This document shows positions 1-8,025 of a DNA stretch of 64,000 nucleotides, one piece after another. Under the pieces are notes generated by a model. It worked only from the letters and a program-made list of their open reading frames with translations, was not told the DNA's origin and did not search any database. Source of the stretch: Parcubacteria bacterium C7867-008 (GTDB lineage Bacteria; Patescibacteriota; Minisyncoccia; Phycocordibacterales; Phycocordibacteraceae); contig LFCR01000002.1 in assembly GCA_001189215.1 (NCBI GenBank), forward strand, positions 74,677-138,676, read 5' to 3'. The position numbers and the translations under genes are program-made. Numbering within the stretch: the first letter of the stretch is position 1; each line of letters starts with the position of its first letter.

Positions 1-197
1 AGTGGTTCAGCATCCTCGGCAGTTACATGTGCAAAGCCCTCACCAAGAAGATAGATACTGTCATTCAAAGCACCTGCGCCGAGATCAAGTGCAGATTCTT
101 TTTGTTGAACATGTGGCATCGCTTGGACGATTAAACGTCGCGGAGGCTTATCTTTAGTTAGTTCGTAAAAATCCTTCCAGTTCTTCCAAAGACTCAT
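1..197 (-). CDS. Class I SAM-dependent methyltransferase (TehB-like), N-terminal part; runs off the window
   Basis: Manual translation MSLWKNWKDFYELTKDKPPRRLIVQAMPHVQQKESALDLGAGALNDSIYLLGEGFAHVTAEDAEP; motif I ALDLGAG. Confidence 0.75.
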   Translation of the reverse strand, partial: MSLWKNWKDFYELTKDKPPRRLIVQAMPHVQQKESALDLGAGALNDSIYLLGEGFAHVTAEDAEP

Positions 198-213
198 GGC
201 TGGATTATATCAG

Positions 214-273
214 TGCTGGCAGTCTGGGAAGATGTTGGAACCTTTCTGCAATTTATGCTAGGTTCTGTCCAGA
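214..273 (+). repeat. Cassette-boundary repeat copy 1 (32-bp core plus promoter-like extension)
   Basis: TGCTGGCAGTCTGGGAAGATGTTGGAACCTTT-CTGCAATTTATGCTAGGTTCTGTCCAGA; near-identical copies at 822, 1271, 1580. Confidence 0.95.
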
Positions 274-291
274 TTTGCACTGGAGAAACAC

Positions 292-780
292 ATGAGCGAC
301 GAAGCTGAGGCGAGCATCCGTTCATGTGAGGGATGCTCTGCCTGTTGCTACACACATGCAGTCGGAGAAATACAGAAATGGGAGTTCAGTACTTGCACTT
401 CATGCAGTGAAGCGGGTTGCGGAATCTACCCATCGCGGCCCCGTGCGTGCGGTTCATATTTCTGCGCCTGGGCAGTTAACGACATTGGAAACGATGACGA
501 ACGTCCGGATAAGGTAGGTGTGGTGTGCAATACACTATTCACCCGTTTCACCACGGATGATCCGCCTTCAATACTAATGCTGGAAGCATGGCCTGGCGCA
601 CTTGATGAGAGACCGGCACAGGCGCTGTTGGCTCGAATGCTTGCAGAGGGGATATCAGTCCGCACCGGAACACGAGATGGGGCACCACGCTGGCAATACC
701 ATGTTCTCGAACAAACAATGAAACCGTTTGGGCAGATGCTCGAAAAGAACAATCTTAAGGTTGTCTGGCATGATATTTGA
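292..780 (+). CDS. YkgJ-like cysteine-cluster (CxxCxxCC) protein
   Basis: CEGCSACC...CTSC...CGIYPSRPRACGSYFC pattern; GGAG SD upstream. Confidence 0.7.
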   Translation: MSDEAEASIRSCEGCSACCYTHAVGEIQKWEFSTCTSCSEAGCGIYPSRPRACGSYFCAWAVNDIGNDDERPDKVGVVCNTLFTRFTTDDPPSILMLEAWPGALDERPAQALLARMLAEGISVRTGTRDGAPRWQYHVLEQTMKPFGQMLEKNNLKVVWHDI

Positions 781-789
781 ACTCACTCA

Positions 790-817
790 GAGACCGCCTT
801 AGGGCGGTTTCCTTTTA
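790..817 (+). terminator. Intrinsic terminator
   Basis: GAGACCGCC-TTAG-GGCGGTTTC hairpin followed by T-run. Confidence 0.7.
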
Positions 818-821
818 TAAT

Positions 822-881
822 AGTTGGCAGTCTGGGACAATGTTGGAACCTTTCTGCAATATATGCTAGGTTCTGTCCAGA
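822..881 (+). repeat. Cassette-boundary repeat copy 2
   Basis: AGTTGGCAGTCTGGGACAATGTTGGAACCTTT-CTGCAATATATGCTAGGTTCTGTCCAGA. Confidence 0.95.
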
Positions 882-914
882 ATGTCCCCACCAAACTCTT
901 AAGAGGAGATACGT

Positions 915-1205
915 ATGTCCAAAGAGCATGAGACGCGAGAAGTAAGGCCAGACGAGGCAGGTGCCATTCGTGATCTCGAAGAAGCTCACGAGAACAACTT
1001 CAGCTTCTCTCTGACCGAGGTTGAACAAGCTACATGCAAGGAATGGATGAAGACCCATGACACTGAGTGCCGTATCCGCGACACGGACACGGCGATCGGT
1101 GGTAGGTGGTCGTTCAATTTTTCCAAGACGACTCTGGGAAATGTGTGCAAGGTCAGCTGCGCATGTGGCCAGGAAAAGAATGTCACTGATTATGGCTGCT
1201 GGTGA
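915..1205 (+). CDS. Small hypothetical protein, phage-like, Cys-containing
   Basis: 96-aa ORF with AGGAG SD; C-terminal IGGRWSFNF..TTLG...CACG...VTDY..W pattern. Confidence 0.65.
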   Translation: MSKEHETREVRPDEAGAIRDLEEAHENNFSFSLTEVEQATCKEWMKTHDTECRIRDTDTAIGGRWSFNFSKTTLGNVCKVSCACGQEKNVTDYGCW

Positions 1206-1270
1206 ACTGAACAGATAATTCGAGAAGCTGAAAGTACAATACGTACGAGTAGGCTTTTCTCTTTATATAT

Positions 1271-1302
1271 TGCTGGCAGTCTGGGACGATGTTGGAACCT
1301 TT
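1271..1302 (+). repeat. Cassette-boundary repeat copy 3 (core only)
   Basis: TGCTGGCAGTCTGGGACGATGTTGGAACCTTT, abutting the stop codon of the reverse-strand gene. Confidence 0.95.
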
Positions 1303-1560
1303 TTATGTATTCGGGCTCTTCATAAGCAGGAAAGGCAGCATGAGAAACGGCGCGAACAAACAGTAAATCGGATCAGAAAAATTCAACAATAGGATAAATA
1401 TCACTCCACCTGCTACTAGTGAAACAAGTAATATCAATAAACGGTATGATTTTTGTTTTGCAGCAACCTGTGTTGCAGGAAGTCTTTCCATTATGTTTAG
1501 CACTATGAAAGCAATAGGCCCGCCAACGGCAAACGCGAGAAATCCAAAGCCGAGTAACAT
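1303..1560 (-). CDS. Small membrane protein (about 3 hydrophobic segments)
   Basis: ATG at 1560 (MLLGFGFLAFAVGGPIAF...); fills the interval between repeats 3 and 4; AT-rich. Confidence 0.55.
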   Translation of the reverse strand: MLLGFGFLAFAVGGPIAFIVLNIMERLPATQVAAKQKSYRLLILLVSLVAGGVIFILLLNFSDPIYCLFAPFLMLPFLLMKSPNT

Positions 1561-1579
1561 ATTTAGATAGTAGCATCCT

Positions 1580-1639
1580 TGCTGGCAGTCTGGGACGATG
1601 TTGGAACCTTTCTGCACCGTATGGTACGTTCTGTCTAGA
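1580..1639 (+). repeat. Cassette-boundary repeat copy 4
   Basis: TGCTGGCAGTCTGGGACGATGTTGGAACCTTT-CTGCACCGTATGGTACGTTCTGTCTAGA. Confidence 0.95.
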
Positions 1640-1659
1640 CTTATTTGAGGGGAACCAGC

Positions 1660-2127
1660 ATGCAAAAACTCGTCCTTGTGCGTCATGGGGAATACAGCAC
1701 GGTAGACGGCCAACATCTCCTGAACGATGAAGGTCGCCAGCAGATGTCTGTACTTGCAACTAAGCTAAAGGCGTTGATTGGTGGTCAGCGGGCCGTACTG
1801 CACACATCATCTGCACCCCGGGCCACCGCCAGTGCAGCAATCCTTGCAGACGCTCTGGACGTTCCCTGCGAGGAACATCTTGAGCTCTGGTCTGGGGGTG
1901 ACGGCGTGGGTCACTATCCGGATACACACGCCATGGTCTTGCAGATCATGGAGTGGGCGAAGGAGTATGACGTTCTCATTCTCGTCACTCACATGGAGTT
2001 CGTCGAACGGCTGCCCATCAAATTCGCCAACCTCGTCTTCAAGACAGCGATACGCGAGGTGCACATTCCGAAAGGCCATGCCGGTGTCATCGATTGCGAC
2101 ACCAAGCTAATGTCCCAAGTTTCCTGA
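1660..2127 (+). CDS. Histidine phosphatase family protein (SixA-like)
   Basis: LVLVRHG, SSAPRA and LVTH motifs; GAGGGG SD before ATG 1660. Confidence 0.85.
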   Translation: MQKLVLVRHGEYSTVDGQHLLNDEGRQQMSVLATKLKALIGGQRAVLHTSSAPRATASAAILADALDVPCEEHLELWSGGDGVGHYPDTHAMVLQIMEWAKEYDVLILVTHMEFVERLPIKFANLVFKTAIREVHIPKGHAGVIDCDTKLMSQVS

Positions 2128-2141
2128 ACACCTACCGCCTG

Positions 2142-2186
2142 AAGAAGCCCGGAGAAATCCATCGCTTCTCCGGGCGGCTTCTTTTT
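2142..2186 (+). terminator. Intrinsic terminator
   Basis: GCCCGGAGAA...TTCTCCGGGC hairpin plus T-run. Confidence 0.7.
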
Positions 2187-2197
2187 ATACAAATGAT

Positions 2198-2222
2198 TGC
2201 TGGGAGACTAGGGATCGAACCT
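2198..2222 (-). pseudogene. tRNA 3' remnant (T-loop plus acceptor 3' strand, Gln-like)
   Basis: Minus strand AGGTTCGATCCCTAG-TCTCCCA-G-CA; no 5' half (tRNA-Pro ends 7 nt upstream). Confidence 0.7.
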
Positions 2223-2229
2223 TAATTTG

Positions 2230-2300
2230 TCGGGGTGCGGGGAATTGAACCCCGTCTAACTGGTCCCAAACCAGTCGTACTACCGGTATACGACACCCCG
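2230..2300 (-). tRNA. tRNA-Pro(TGG)
   Basis: Cloverleaf CGGGGTG/CACCCCG, anticodon arm ACTGG-TT-TGG-GA-CCAGT; CCA not encoded. Confidence 0.95.
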
Positions 2301-2552
2301 TATGAACGAAAGGACTGCGCGAGGACATGTCCTATGTAAATGCATCCTACCAGATTTTTGATTTTAGCCCACCCAGTTAACGGTGTCTGAATTTTAACCA
2401 TTAAAGTGGCATGTAAAGATATTCACATAACCACTTCTCTTCGCCATTAGTAATGTCTTTATGTGAAGAAGTCTTCATATTCACGACCTTAAATAATACA
2501 GCCTAAATATTAATGATTTCTTGGAAATCTTATAAATCATTCCTGGAGATAC

Positions 2553-2598
2553 TGTCCTTTATCCCCACTGTCCCCCACGTTGTCCACAGTTATACACA
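2553..2598. promoter_or_regulatory. DnaA-box-like cluster plus TGTCCTTTAT motif
   Basis: TTATCCCCA 2559-2567, TTGTCCACA 2580-2588, TTATACACA 2590-2598. Confidence 0.5.
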
Positions 2599-2634
2599 AA
2601 TCAAAAAGACGGTCTCAGGACCGTCTTTTTGATT
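2599..2634. terminator. Bidirectional terminator after tRNA-Gly
   Basis: AATCAAAAAGACGGTC-TCAG-GACCGTCTTTTTGATT. Confidence 0.8.
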
Positions 2635-2639
2635 TTACC

Positions 2640-2713
2640 TGGTGCGGATAGGGAGAATCGAACTCCCGACTCGTCCTTGGCAAGGACGCGTTTTACCACT
2701 AAACCATATCCGC
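2640..2713 (-). tRNA. tRNA-Gly(GCC)
   Basis: GCGGATA/TATCCGC acceptor, CGTCC-TT-GCC-AA-GGACG, encoded CCA. Confidence 0.95.
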
Positions 2714-2740
2714 TACAGGGCCGATAATAACACCCCTTCC

Positions 2741-3739
2741 CTACTTTGTCTTCTTGGCGAGGCGTAAAGATGAGTAGTATGCAGCACCAACGAAGATAAG
2801 TCCTGCTGAACCTGTAATGATTTCAGGTACTTCCACAAAGATGCTGGTGAGCATGGCTATAGCAAGTGCCAAAATAGCCCAGTGTGCGCCGTGTTCAAGG
2901 TATACGAGAGCATCAAGTGTCTTACGACGCACCAGATAGACCGTAAGGGATCGTACGAAGTATGCACCGATACCGAGACCAACAACGATGAGAAGAAGCT
3001 CATTGGTGAGGGCAAAAGCACCAACCACACCATCTAGAGAGAAAGCCGCATCGAGTATGTTGAGGTATACGAAGAGGGCTGCACTCCCCGCCCCAATAGA
3101 CTTCTCTGCGCCCTTTGTGAAAGAGTTTGCAACACCCTGAATAACAATGAACAGCACAATGCCAACAACACCAGCAAGAAGAACATTAGCTGAATGATCT
3201 GGCATAAGCAACGCAAGCACAATAAGCACCACAAGACTTATTCCGATCTCTATTGCCTCAATCTTTCCCCACCCTGCCACAATGCGCTCAATAGAACGTA
3301 TCCAGTGGATGTCCTTTCCAACACTAAAGAAGTACTTGAGTGAAACCATGAGCAGGAAGATGCCTCCGAATGCAGAGATTGCATGCCGAGCGCCCTCAAG
3401 TAGATGTCCATATTCATTTGGATTGAAAGCTGCAAGCTGAGCGATCATCCATGGTGACGCACCGACGCTGGCACTCACGATGAGAATTGGTAGCACAAAT
3501 CGTGTACCAAAAACCGCAACAAGTATTCCCCACGTTAGGAAGCGCTTCTGCCACTTCTCATCCATGTTCGCGAGGATCTTTGCATTTACCACCGCATTAT
3601 CGAAAGACAGTGTTACTTCGAGTATTACGAGCAGTGTCGCAATGAAAAATGCCTCCGGACCACCCCACCAAAACACTCCGGCAAGGATTGCAATTGAGAC
3701 AATAACTGGAAGCGCGAATGCGCGAATGGCTGAGTTCAT
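2741..3739 (-). CDS. DUF475 / TerC-like integral membrane protein
   Basis: LEVTLSFDNAVVNA, DAAFSLDGVVGAFA, YLEHGAHWAI motifs. Confidence 0.9.
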   Translation of the reverse strand: MNSAIRAFALPVIVSIAILAGVFWWGGPEAFFIATLLVILEVTLSFDNAVVNAKILANMDEKWQKRFLTWGILVAVFGTRFVLPILIVSASVGASPWMIAQLAAFNPNEYGHLLEGARHAISAFGGIFLLMVSLKYFFSVGKDIHWIRSIERIVAGWGKIEAIEIGISLVVLIVLALLMPDHSANVLLAGVVGIVLFIVIQGVANSFTKGAEKSIGAGSAALFVYLNILDAAFSLDGVVGAFALTNELLLIVVGLGIGAYFVRSLTVYLVRRKTLDALVYLEHGAHWAILALAIAMLTSIFVEVPEIITGSAGLIFVGAAYYSSLRLAKKTK

Positions 3740-3766
3740 TTCCCTACTATACCGTATTCTCTATTG

Positions 3767-3838
3767 TGCTCCCGCCAGGACTCGAACCTGGAACGACTGA
3801 TCCGAAGTCAGTAATGATATCCATTTCACCACGAGAGC
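3767..3838 (-). tRNA. tRNA-Arg(TCG)
   Basis: GCTCTCG/CGGGAGC, ACTGA-CT-TCG-GA-TCAGT. Confidence 0.95.
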
Positions 3839-3903
3839 GTTCTTGCCTTTGCATACTACGATAGAGCTAGGAGAATGGCGAGTAGCATACTAGTATTTTT
3901 GTA

Positions 3904-5367
3904 ATGAACATGCGCGTTCCAAGTGAGGTGCGAACAGTAGCTGAAGGCCTTAGAGCAGGCGGCTATGAGGCCTATTTGGTCGGTGGCTGTGTACGAGACC
4001 TTTTGCTTGATCGAACCCCTAAAGACTGGGATCTAACTACTGATGCAAAGCCTGAAGATATTCAGCGTCTATTTCCTGAATCCTTCTACGAGAACGACTT
4101 TGGGACGGTGGGAATAAAGACAGAGTCTGAAGACGATCGGTTGGCAGTCATTGAAGTAACCCCCTACCGCACAGAGACTGGATATTCAGATAAACGCCGT
4201 CCTGATGCTGTGGCATTTGGGGATAGTTTGGAAGAAGACCTTGCGCGCCGAGACTTCTCGGTAAACGCTATTGCCTACGATGAATCTAAAGGACAAATCG
4301 TAGATCCGTATCAAGGACAAAAGGACATTGAGCTAAAAGTACTACGTACGGTGGGTATCGCAGCTGATCGGTTTGAAGAAGATGCCCTGCGTCTTATGCG
4401 AGCAGTGCGTTTAGTTGCTGAACTTGAATTTGCCTTAGATGCGGATACTGCTGCAGCAATATTGGAAAAAGGTCCTAATCTTAAGCATGTTTCACGTGAA
4501 AGAATACGGGATGAGTTTGTACGTATTCTTGAGTCTAAACAGCCTATGCAGGCCCTTGTATTGGCTCAGCAGCTTGGAATCCTTGAGTATATCGCCCCTG
4601 AGCTAACCAAAGGTATTGGTATAGAACAGAACCAAGCACACAGCTATGACGTGTTCGGTCATCTTATGCGTGCCTTGCAGCACGCAGCAGATAAAGACTG
4701 GCCTCTTGAATTAAGGCTTTCGGCTGTATTTCATGATGTTTCAAAGCCTGAAACACGTCGTTGGTCCGATGATAAGAAGGACTGGACCTTCCACGGCCAC
4801 GAAGTGGTTGGTGCCCGTACAACAAGAAAAGCGCTTGAAAATATGAGGTTTTCACGTGAAACCATCGAAAAAGTATCGAAATTAGTGCGTTGGCACATGT
4901 TCTTCTCAGACCCTGACCAGATTACTCTTTCAGCTGTTCGTCGAATGATTCGTAATGTTGGCGAGAAAAACATCTGGGATCTTCTAAACCTCCGTATTTG
5001 TGACCGTATTGGCACTGGACGACCTAAGGAACAGCCTTTTAGGTTCCGTAAATATAAAGCAATGGTTGAGGAAGCACTTAGAGACCCAATTTCTGTAGGA
5101 ATGCTTAAAACAGATGGCTCAAGACTTATGAATAAGTTTCACATGAAACCAAGTCCTGAGCTTGGATGGATATTAAACGCCCTTTTGGAGGATGTTTTGG
5201 AGAACCCGGCTCGAAATACTGAGGAGTATCTTGATATTAAGACTAAGGAGCTAATGGCTCTATCCACTGAAAAACTTAAGGAATTGGGGGATTCAGGTAA
5301 GAAAAAGCGAGAGGAGAAAGAATCTGAGGAACTGCAGAAGATACTTGAGAAACACGGAGTAGCATAG
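3904..5367 (+). CDS. cca: CCA tRNA nucleotidyltransferase with HD domain
   Basis: YLVGGCVRD...DWD, EDLARRDFSVNAIA, RFEEDALRLMRAVR, HD motif. Confidence 0.92.
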   Translation: MNMRVPSEVRTVAEGLRAGGYEAYLVGGCVRDLLLDRTPKDWDLTTDAKPEDIQRLFPESFYENDFGTVGIKTESEDDRLAVIEVTPYRTETGYSDKRRPDAVAFGDSLEEDLARRDFSVNAIAYDESKGQIVDPYQGQKDIELKVLRTVGIAADRFEEDALRLMRAVRLVAELEFALDADTAAAILEKGPNLKHVSRERIRDEFVRILESKQPMQALVLAQQLGILEYIAPELTKGIGIEQNQAHSYDVFGHLMRALQHAADKDWPLELRLSAVFHDVSKPETRRWSDDKKDWTFHGHEVVGARTTRKALENMRFSRETIEKVSKLVRWHMFFSDPDQITLSAVRRMIRNVGEKNIWDLLNLRICDRIGTGRPKEQPFRFRKYKAMVEEALRDPISVGMLKTDGSRLMNKFHMKPSPELGWILNALLEDVLENPARNTEEYLDIKTKELMALSTEKLKELGDSGKKKREEKESEELQKILEKHGVA

Positions 5368-5578
5368 TTTTCACGTGAAACGGGCTTATATAGCCTTAAA
5401 TATAAATATTTAGGGTGTTTCGTGTGGAACCTAAGGTATATAAATAACTAGAGACCCGTAGGGGTCTCTGTTGCGGTCAACCAGGTCTGAAGACAAGGTT
5501 GGGGTTGGGCATTTGGTGAACGTCTTCAAGGAGAAATTTCCCTGGCTAACTTAAAAGAATGCGTTTTCACGTGAAACT
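4488..5578. promoter_or_regulatory. parS: parS cluster (6 sites)
   Basis: Matches to TGTTTCACGTGAAACA at 4488-4503, 4848-4863, 5135-5150, 5367-5382, 5416-5431 (degenerate), 5563-5578. Confidence 0.85.
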
Positions 5579-5740
5579 TCCGAATCTGACCCATTTATTA
5601 TTCAGGGAATACATCCCGATTATGTTGGTCGATCAGCTTTCAGGTGACAGCGCCTATGATGTTTGAGCACAAAGAGCTCCAAAAGAACTACCGAATCGAG
5701 ATTCGGCAATCCCTTCGCAGGTCTTTGCCGTCTCGTCCTT
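5450..5740 (-). ncRNA. Candidate structured non-coding RNA, unidentified
   Basis: TATGAT -10 near 5745-5750; 15-bp G-U-containing stem, nested 10-bp and 7-bp stems; terminal hairpin 5450-5469; no credible ORF. Confidence 0.4.
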
Positions 5741-5819
5741 ACGTATCATATATCCATAAAGGACATCGTAAAGGACACAGGAGTGGATAACTTATATAAA
5801 TGTCCTTTATATGTAGTAC

Positions 5820-6584
5820 CTAGAGCGTTATTGAAAGAGGGCAGTGATCTGAACCATATACCGCTGAATGGATTTCAGCTTTCTTTATGTGCTTAACAAA
5901 TTCCTTAGATACAAAGAAATAATCGATACGCCAACCTACATTTCGCTCCCGAGCACGGGTGAGAGTATCCCAGTATGTATACGCATCTGCCTGCTGTGGG
6001 TGGAAGTGTCTGAAAGTATCTACGTATCCCGCCTCAATAACCTCATCAAGCCATTTACGTTCAATCTCTAGGAATCCTGTAGTTTTCTCGTTTTCCTTTG
6101 GGCGAGCCAAATCAATAGGGAAGTGTGCGGTGTTTACATCCCCACAGAACACAACGGGCTTTGATTTTCTAAGTCCTTCACAGAAAGCCAGAAAGTCCTC
6201 GTAATATCGCAGCTTGAAGTCTAGACGCTCTGGGCCACGTCCACCGTTAGGGAAGTAGATATTAAGGAGCCAGAAATCTTCATATTCTGCGCCAATCAGA
6301 CGGCCTTCGTCATCAAACTCTTTAATTCCCATCCCATATATGACAGAGAGTGGTTCAATTCGTGAGTATATTGCTACTCCGCTATAGCCTTTCTTTATCT
6401 TGCAGGGAGAGAAGAATGCTGAGAACCCCCCTAAATTAAGGACATTTTCAGGGAGCTGCTCTGGCTCTGCTTTAACTTCTTGGAAACAGAATATATCTGG
6501 TTTAACTGCCTTAAGAAAGGGTTCCCAGTACCCATTACGCTCAACTGCACGAAGGCCATTAACATTCCACGAGACAATCTTCAT
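5820..6584 (-). CDS. xth: Exodeoxyribonuclease III
   Basis: SWNVNG, QEVK, YFPNG, GDVNTAH, WRIDYF, SDHCP. Confidence 0.95.
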   Translation of the reverse strand: MKIVSWNVNGLRAVERNGYWEPFLKAVKPDIFCFQEVKAEPEQLPENVLNLGGFSAFFSPCKIKKGYSGVAIYSRIEPLSVIYGMGIKEFDDEGRLIGAEYEDFWLLNIYFPNGGRGPERLDFKLRYYEDFLAFCEGLRKSKPVVFCGDVNTAHFPIDLARPKENEKTTGFLEIERKWLDEVIEAGYVDTFRHFHPQQADAYTYWDTLTRARERNVGWRIDYFFVSKEFVKHIKKAEIHSAVYGSDHCPLSITL

Positions 6585-6602
6585 TCGAATATTGTACGAT
6601 AC

Positions 6603-7526
6603 CTATCCCTTACGACGCGAGTGAAACTTCTTATGTACCTCACGTAGGTGAGCATCGGTGACATGCGTGTATATCTGGGTAGTATTTATGGAAGCGTGTC
6701 CCAGCATTTGCTGCACGGAACGTATATCTGCTCCGTTATTTAGGAGATCAGTCGCAAATGAGTGGCGCATGACGTGTGGAGTCACTTTCTTAGTGATACC
6801 TGCCTTAGCTGCATAAATCTTTATCATTCGTTCAATGGAGCGTGGGGTAAGTCGGGTAGGGGTGCGCTTGGAGACCTTTTCTGGGTCTTTGCTCAGCATT
6901 GGGGGCATATTCACAAATAATGCCTCGTCCATATCCTTACGTGCCTTCAGATAGGCTTGGATCGCTGCTTTAGCTTCGTCAGAGAGAAATACCACACGCA
7001 CCTTTTCTCCTTTACCCCGGATAGGGAAGTCGTCTCGTGAAAGATCGAGGTCTGTATTTAAAGAGCAAAGCTCAGAAACACGTAGTCCGGTGGAGAAGAG
7101 GAGCTCAAGAATGGCCTTATCTCTAAGTGATTTCTCATCCGTGCCACTGGCAGAGGTGAGTAACCGATCAAGTTCGGTAGGTGAGATCAGGTCCAAATGG
7201 CGCTCCGGAACCTTGGCGAGCTCAATACGTTCAGGAGATAGGCCTTCAATGCCACGTTTCCGAAGGAATTTAAGGAATGCCCGGAGCGCAATGAGGTAAT
7301 AATTCTGGGTACGGCGTTTCATTGTCCCTGAAACACCTGGCTGGCGATTCAACCAGAGACGGAATTCACGAATTTTCTCTTCTGTTATGTCGGAAACCTC
7401 TTTTATGCCCATTTGGTCAAAGAAACGGCTTAGATAGTGGTCATAGTTCTCAATAGTTTTAACTGCCCGACCACGCTCGATTTCCGTATATTCCAAGAAC
7501 TGACGCTTCCATTCCTCAATATTCAT
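6603..7526 (-). CDS. Tyrosine recombinase, XerC/XerD family
   Basis: TGLRVSEL, GKGEKVR, HVMRHSFAT, LGHASINTTQIYTH. Confidence 0.92.
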   Translation of the reverse strand: MNIEEWKRQFLEYTEIERGRAVKTIENYDHYLSRFFDQMGIKEVSDITEEKIREFRLWLNRQPGVSGTMKRRTQNYYLIALRAFLKFLRKRGIEGLSPERIELAKVPERHLDLISPTELDRLLTSASGTDEKSLRDKAILELLFSTGLRVSELCSLNTDLDLSRDDFPIRGKGEKVRVVFLSDEAKAAIQAYLKARKDMDEALFVNMPPMLSKDPEKVSKRTPTRLTPRSIERMIKIYAAKAGITKKVTPHVMRHSFATDLLNNGADIRSVQQMLGHASINTTQIYTHVTDAHLREVHKKFHSRRKG

Positions 7527-7629
7527 AGGGTACGTATATTGTACGACACAGTGTCTTACAGGCTGGATTGGGGTGGGGAGAGTAAGGACACACTTGCGCG
7601 ATTAATCAAGGTGTGGTAGGATACATTCA

Positions 7630-7896
7630 ATGCTTACGAAACGAGTAAAGACCGCAGTAATCAAGAACGCGGCCCTTCATGATCTAGATACCGGCTCTGC
7701 GTCGGTTCAGGTTGCTATGCTTTCTCGCAAAATAGAGGAGCTAACAACCCACCTTAAGAAGAATCAGAAGGATTTTCATAGTCGTCGTGGTCTTCTTCAA
7801 ATGGTTGCAGACCGTCGCTCACATCTTCGCTACCTAGAGAAGAACAACAAGCGTCAGTACACTTCAATCATCAAGAAGCTCGGTCTCAAGAAGTAA
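7630..7896 (+). CDS. rpsO: 30S ribosomal protein S15
   Basis: DTGSASVQVA, KDFHSRRGL. Confidence 0.97.
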   Translation: MLTKRVKTAVIKNAALHDLDTGSASVQVAMLSRKIEELTTHLKKNQKDFHSRRGLLQMVADRRSHLRYLEKNNKRQYTSIIKKLGLKK

Positions 7897-8025
7897 GGAC
7901 ACTGGCGGGAAATCCCCGCCATTTCCTTTTTCGTAGCAGTGAAGTGGTAAAATCAATGTAGTAGCGATACGCGCTACCACTTTTTAATAAGAATCTGCGC
8001 GCCCGCGCATCTCTAACAAATTTAT

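Noticed and set aside
214..1611. CRISPR array (32-bp direct repeats)
   Set aside because: Intervals are 300-600 bp, unequal and gene-containing; no cas genes in the window
6603..7526. Integron integrase serving the repeat array
   Set aside because: Looks like a housekeeping Xer-family enzyme between xth and rpsO; I see no IntI-specific insertion, and the repeats resemble neither attC nor dif. A role in trans cannot be excluded
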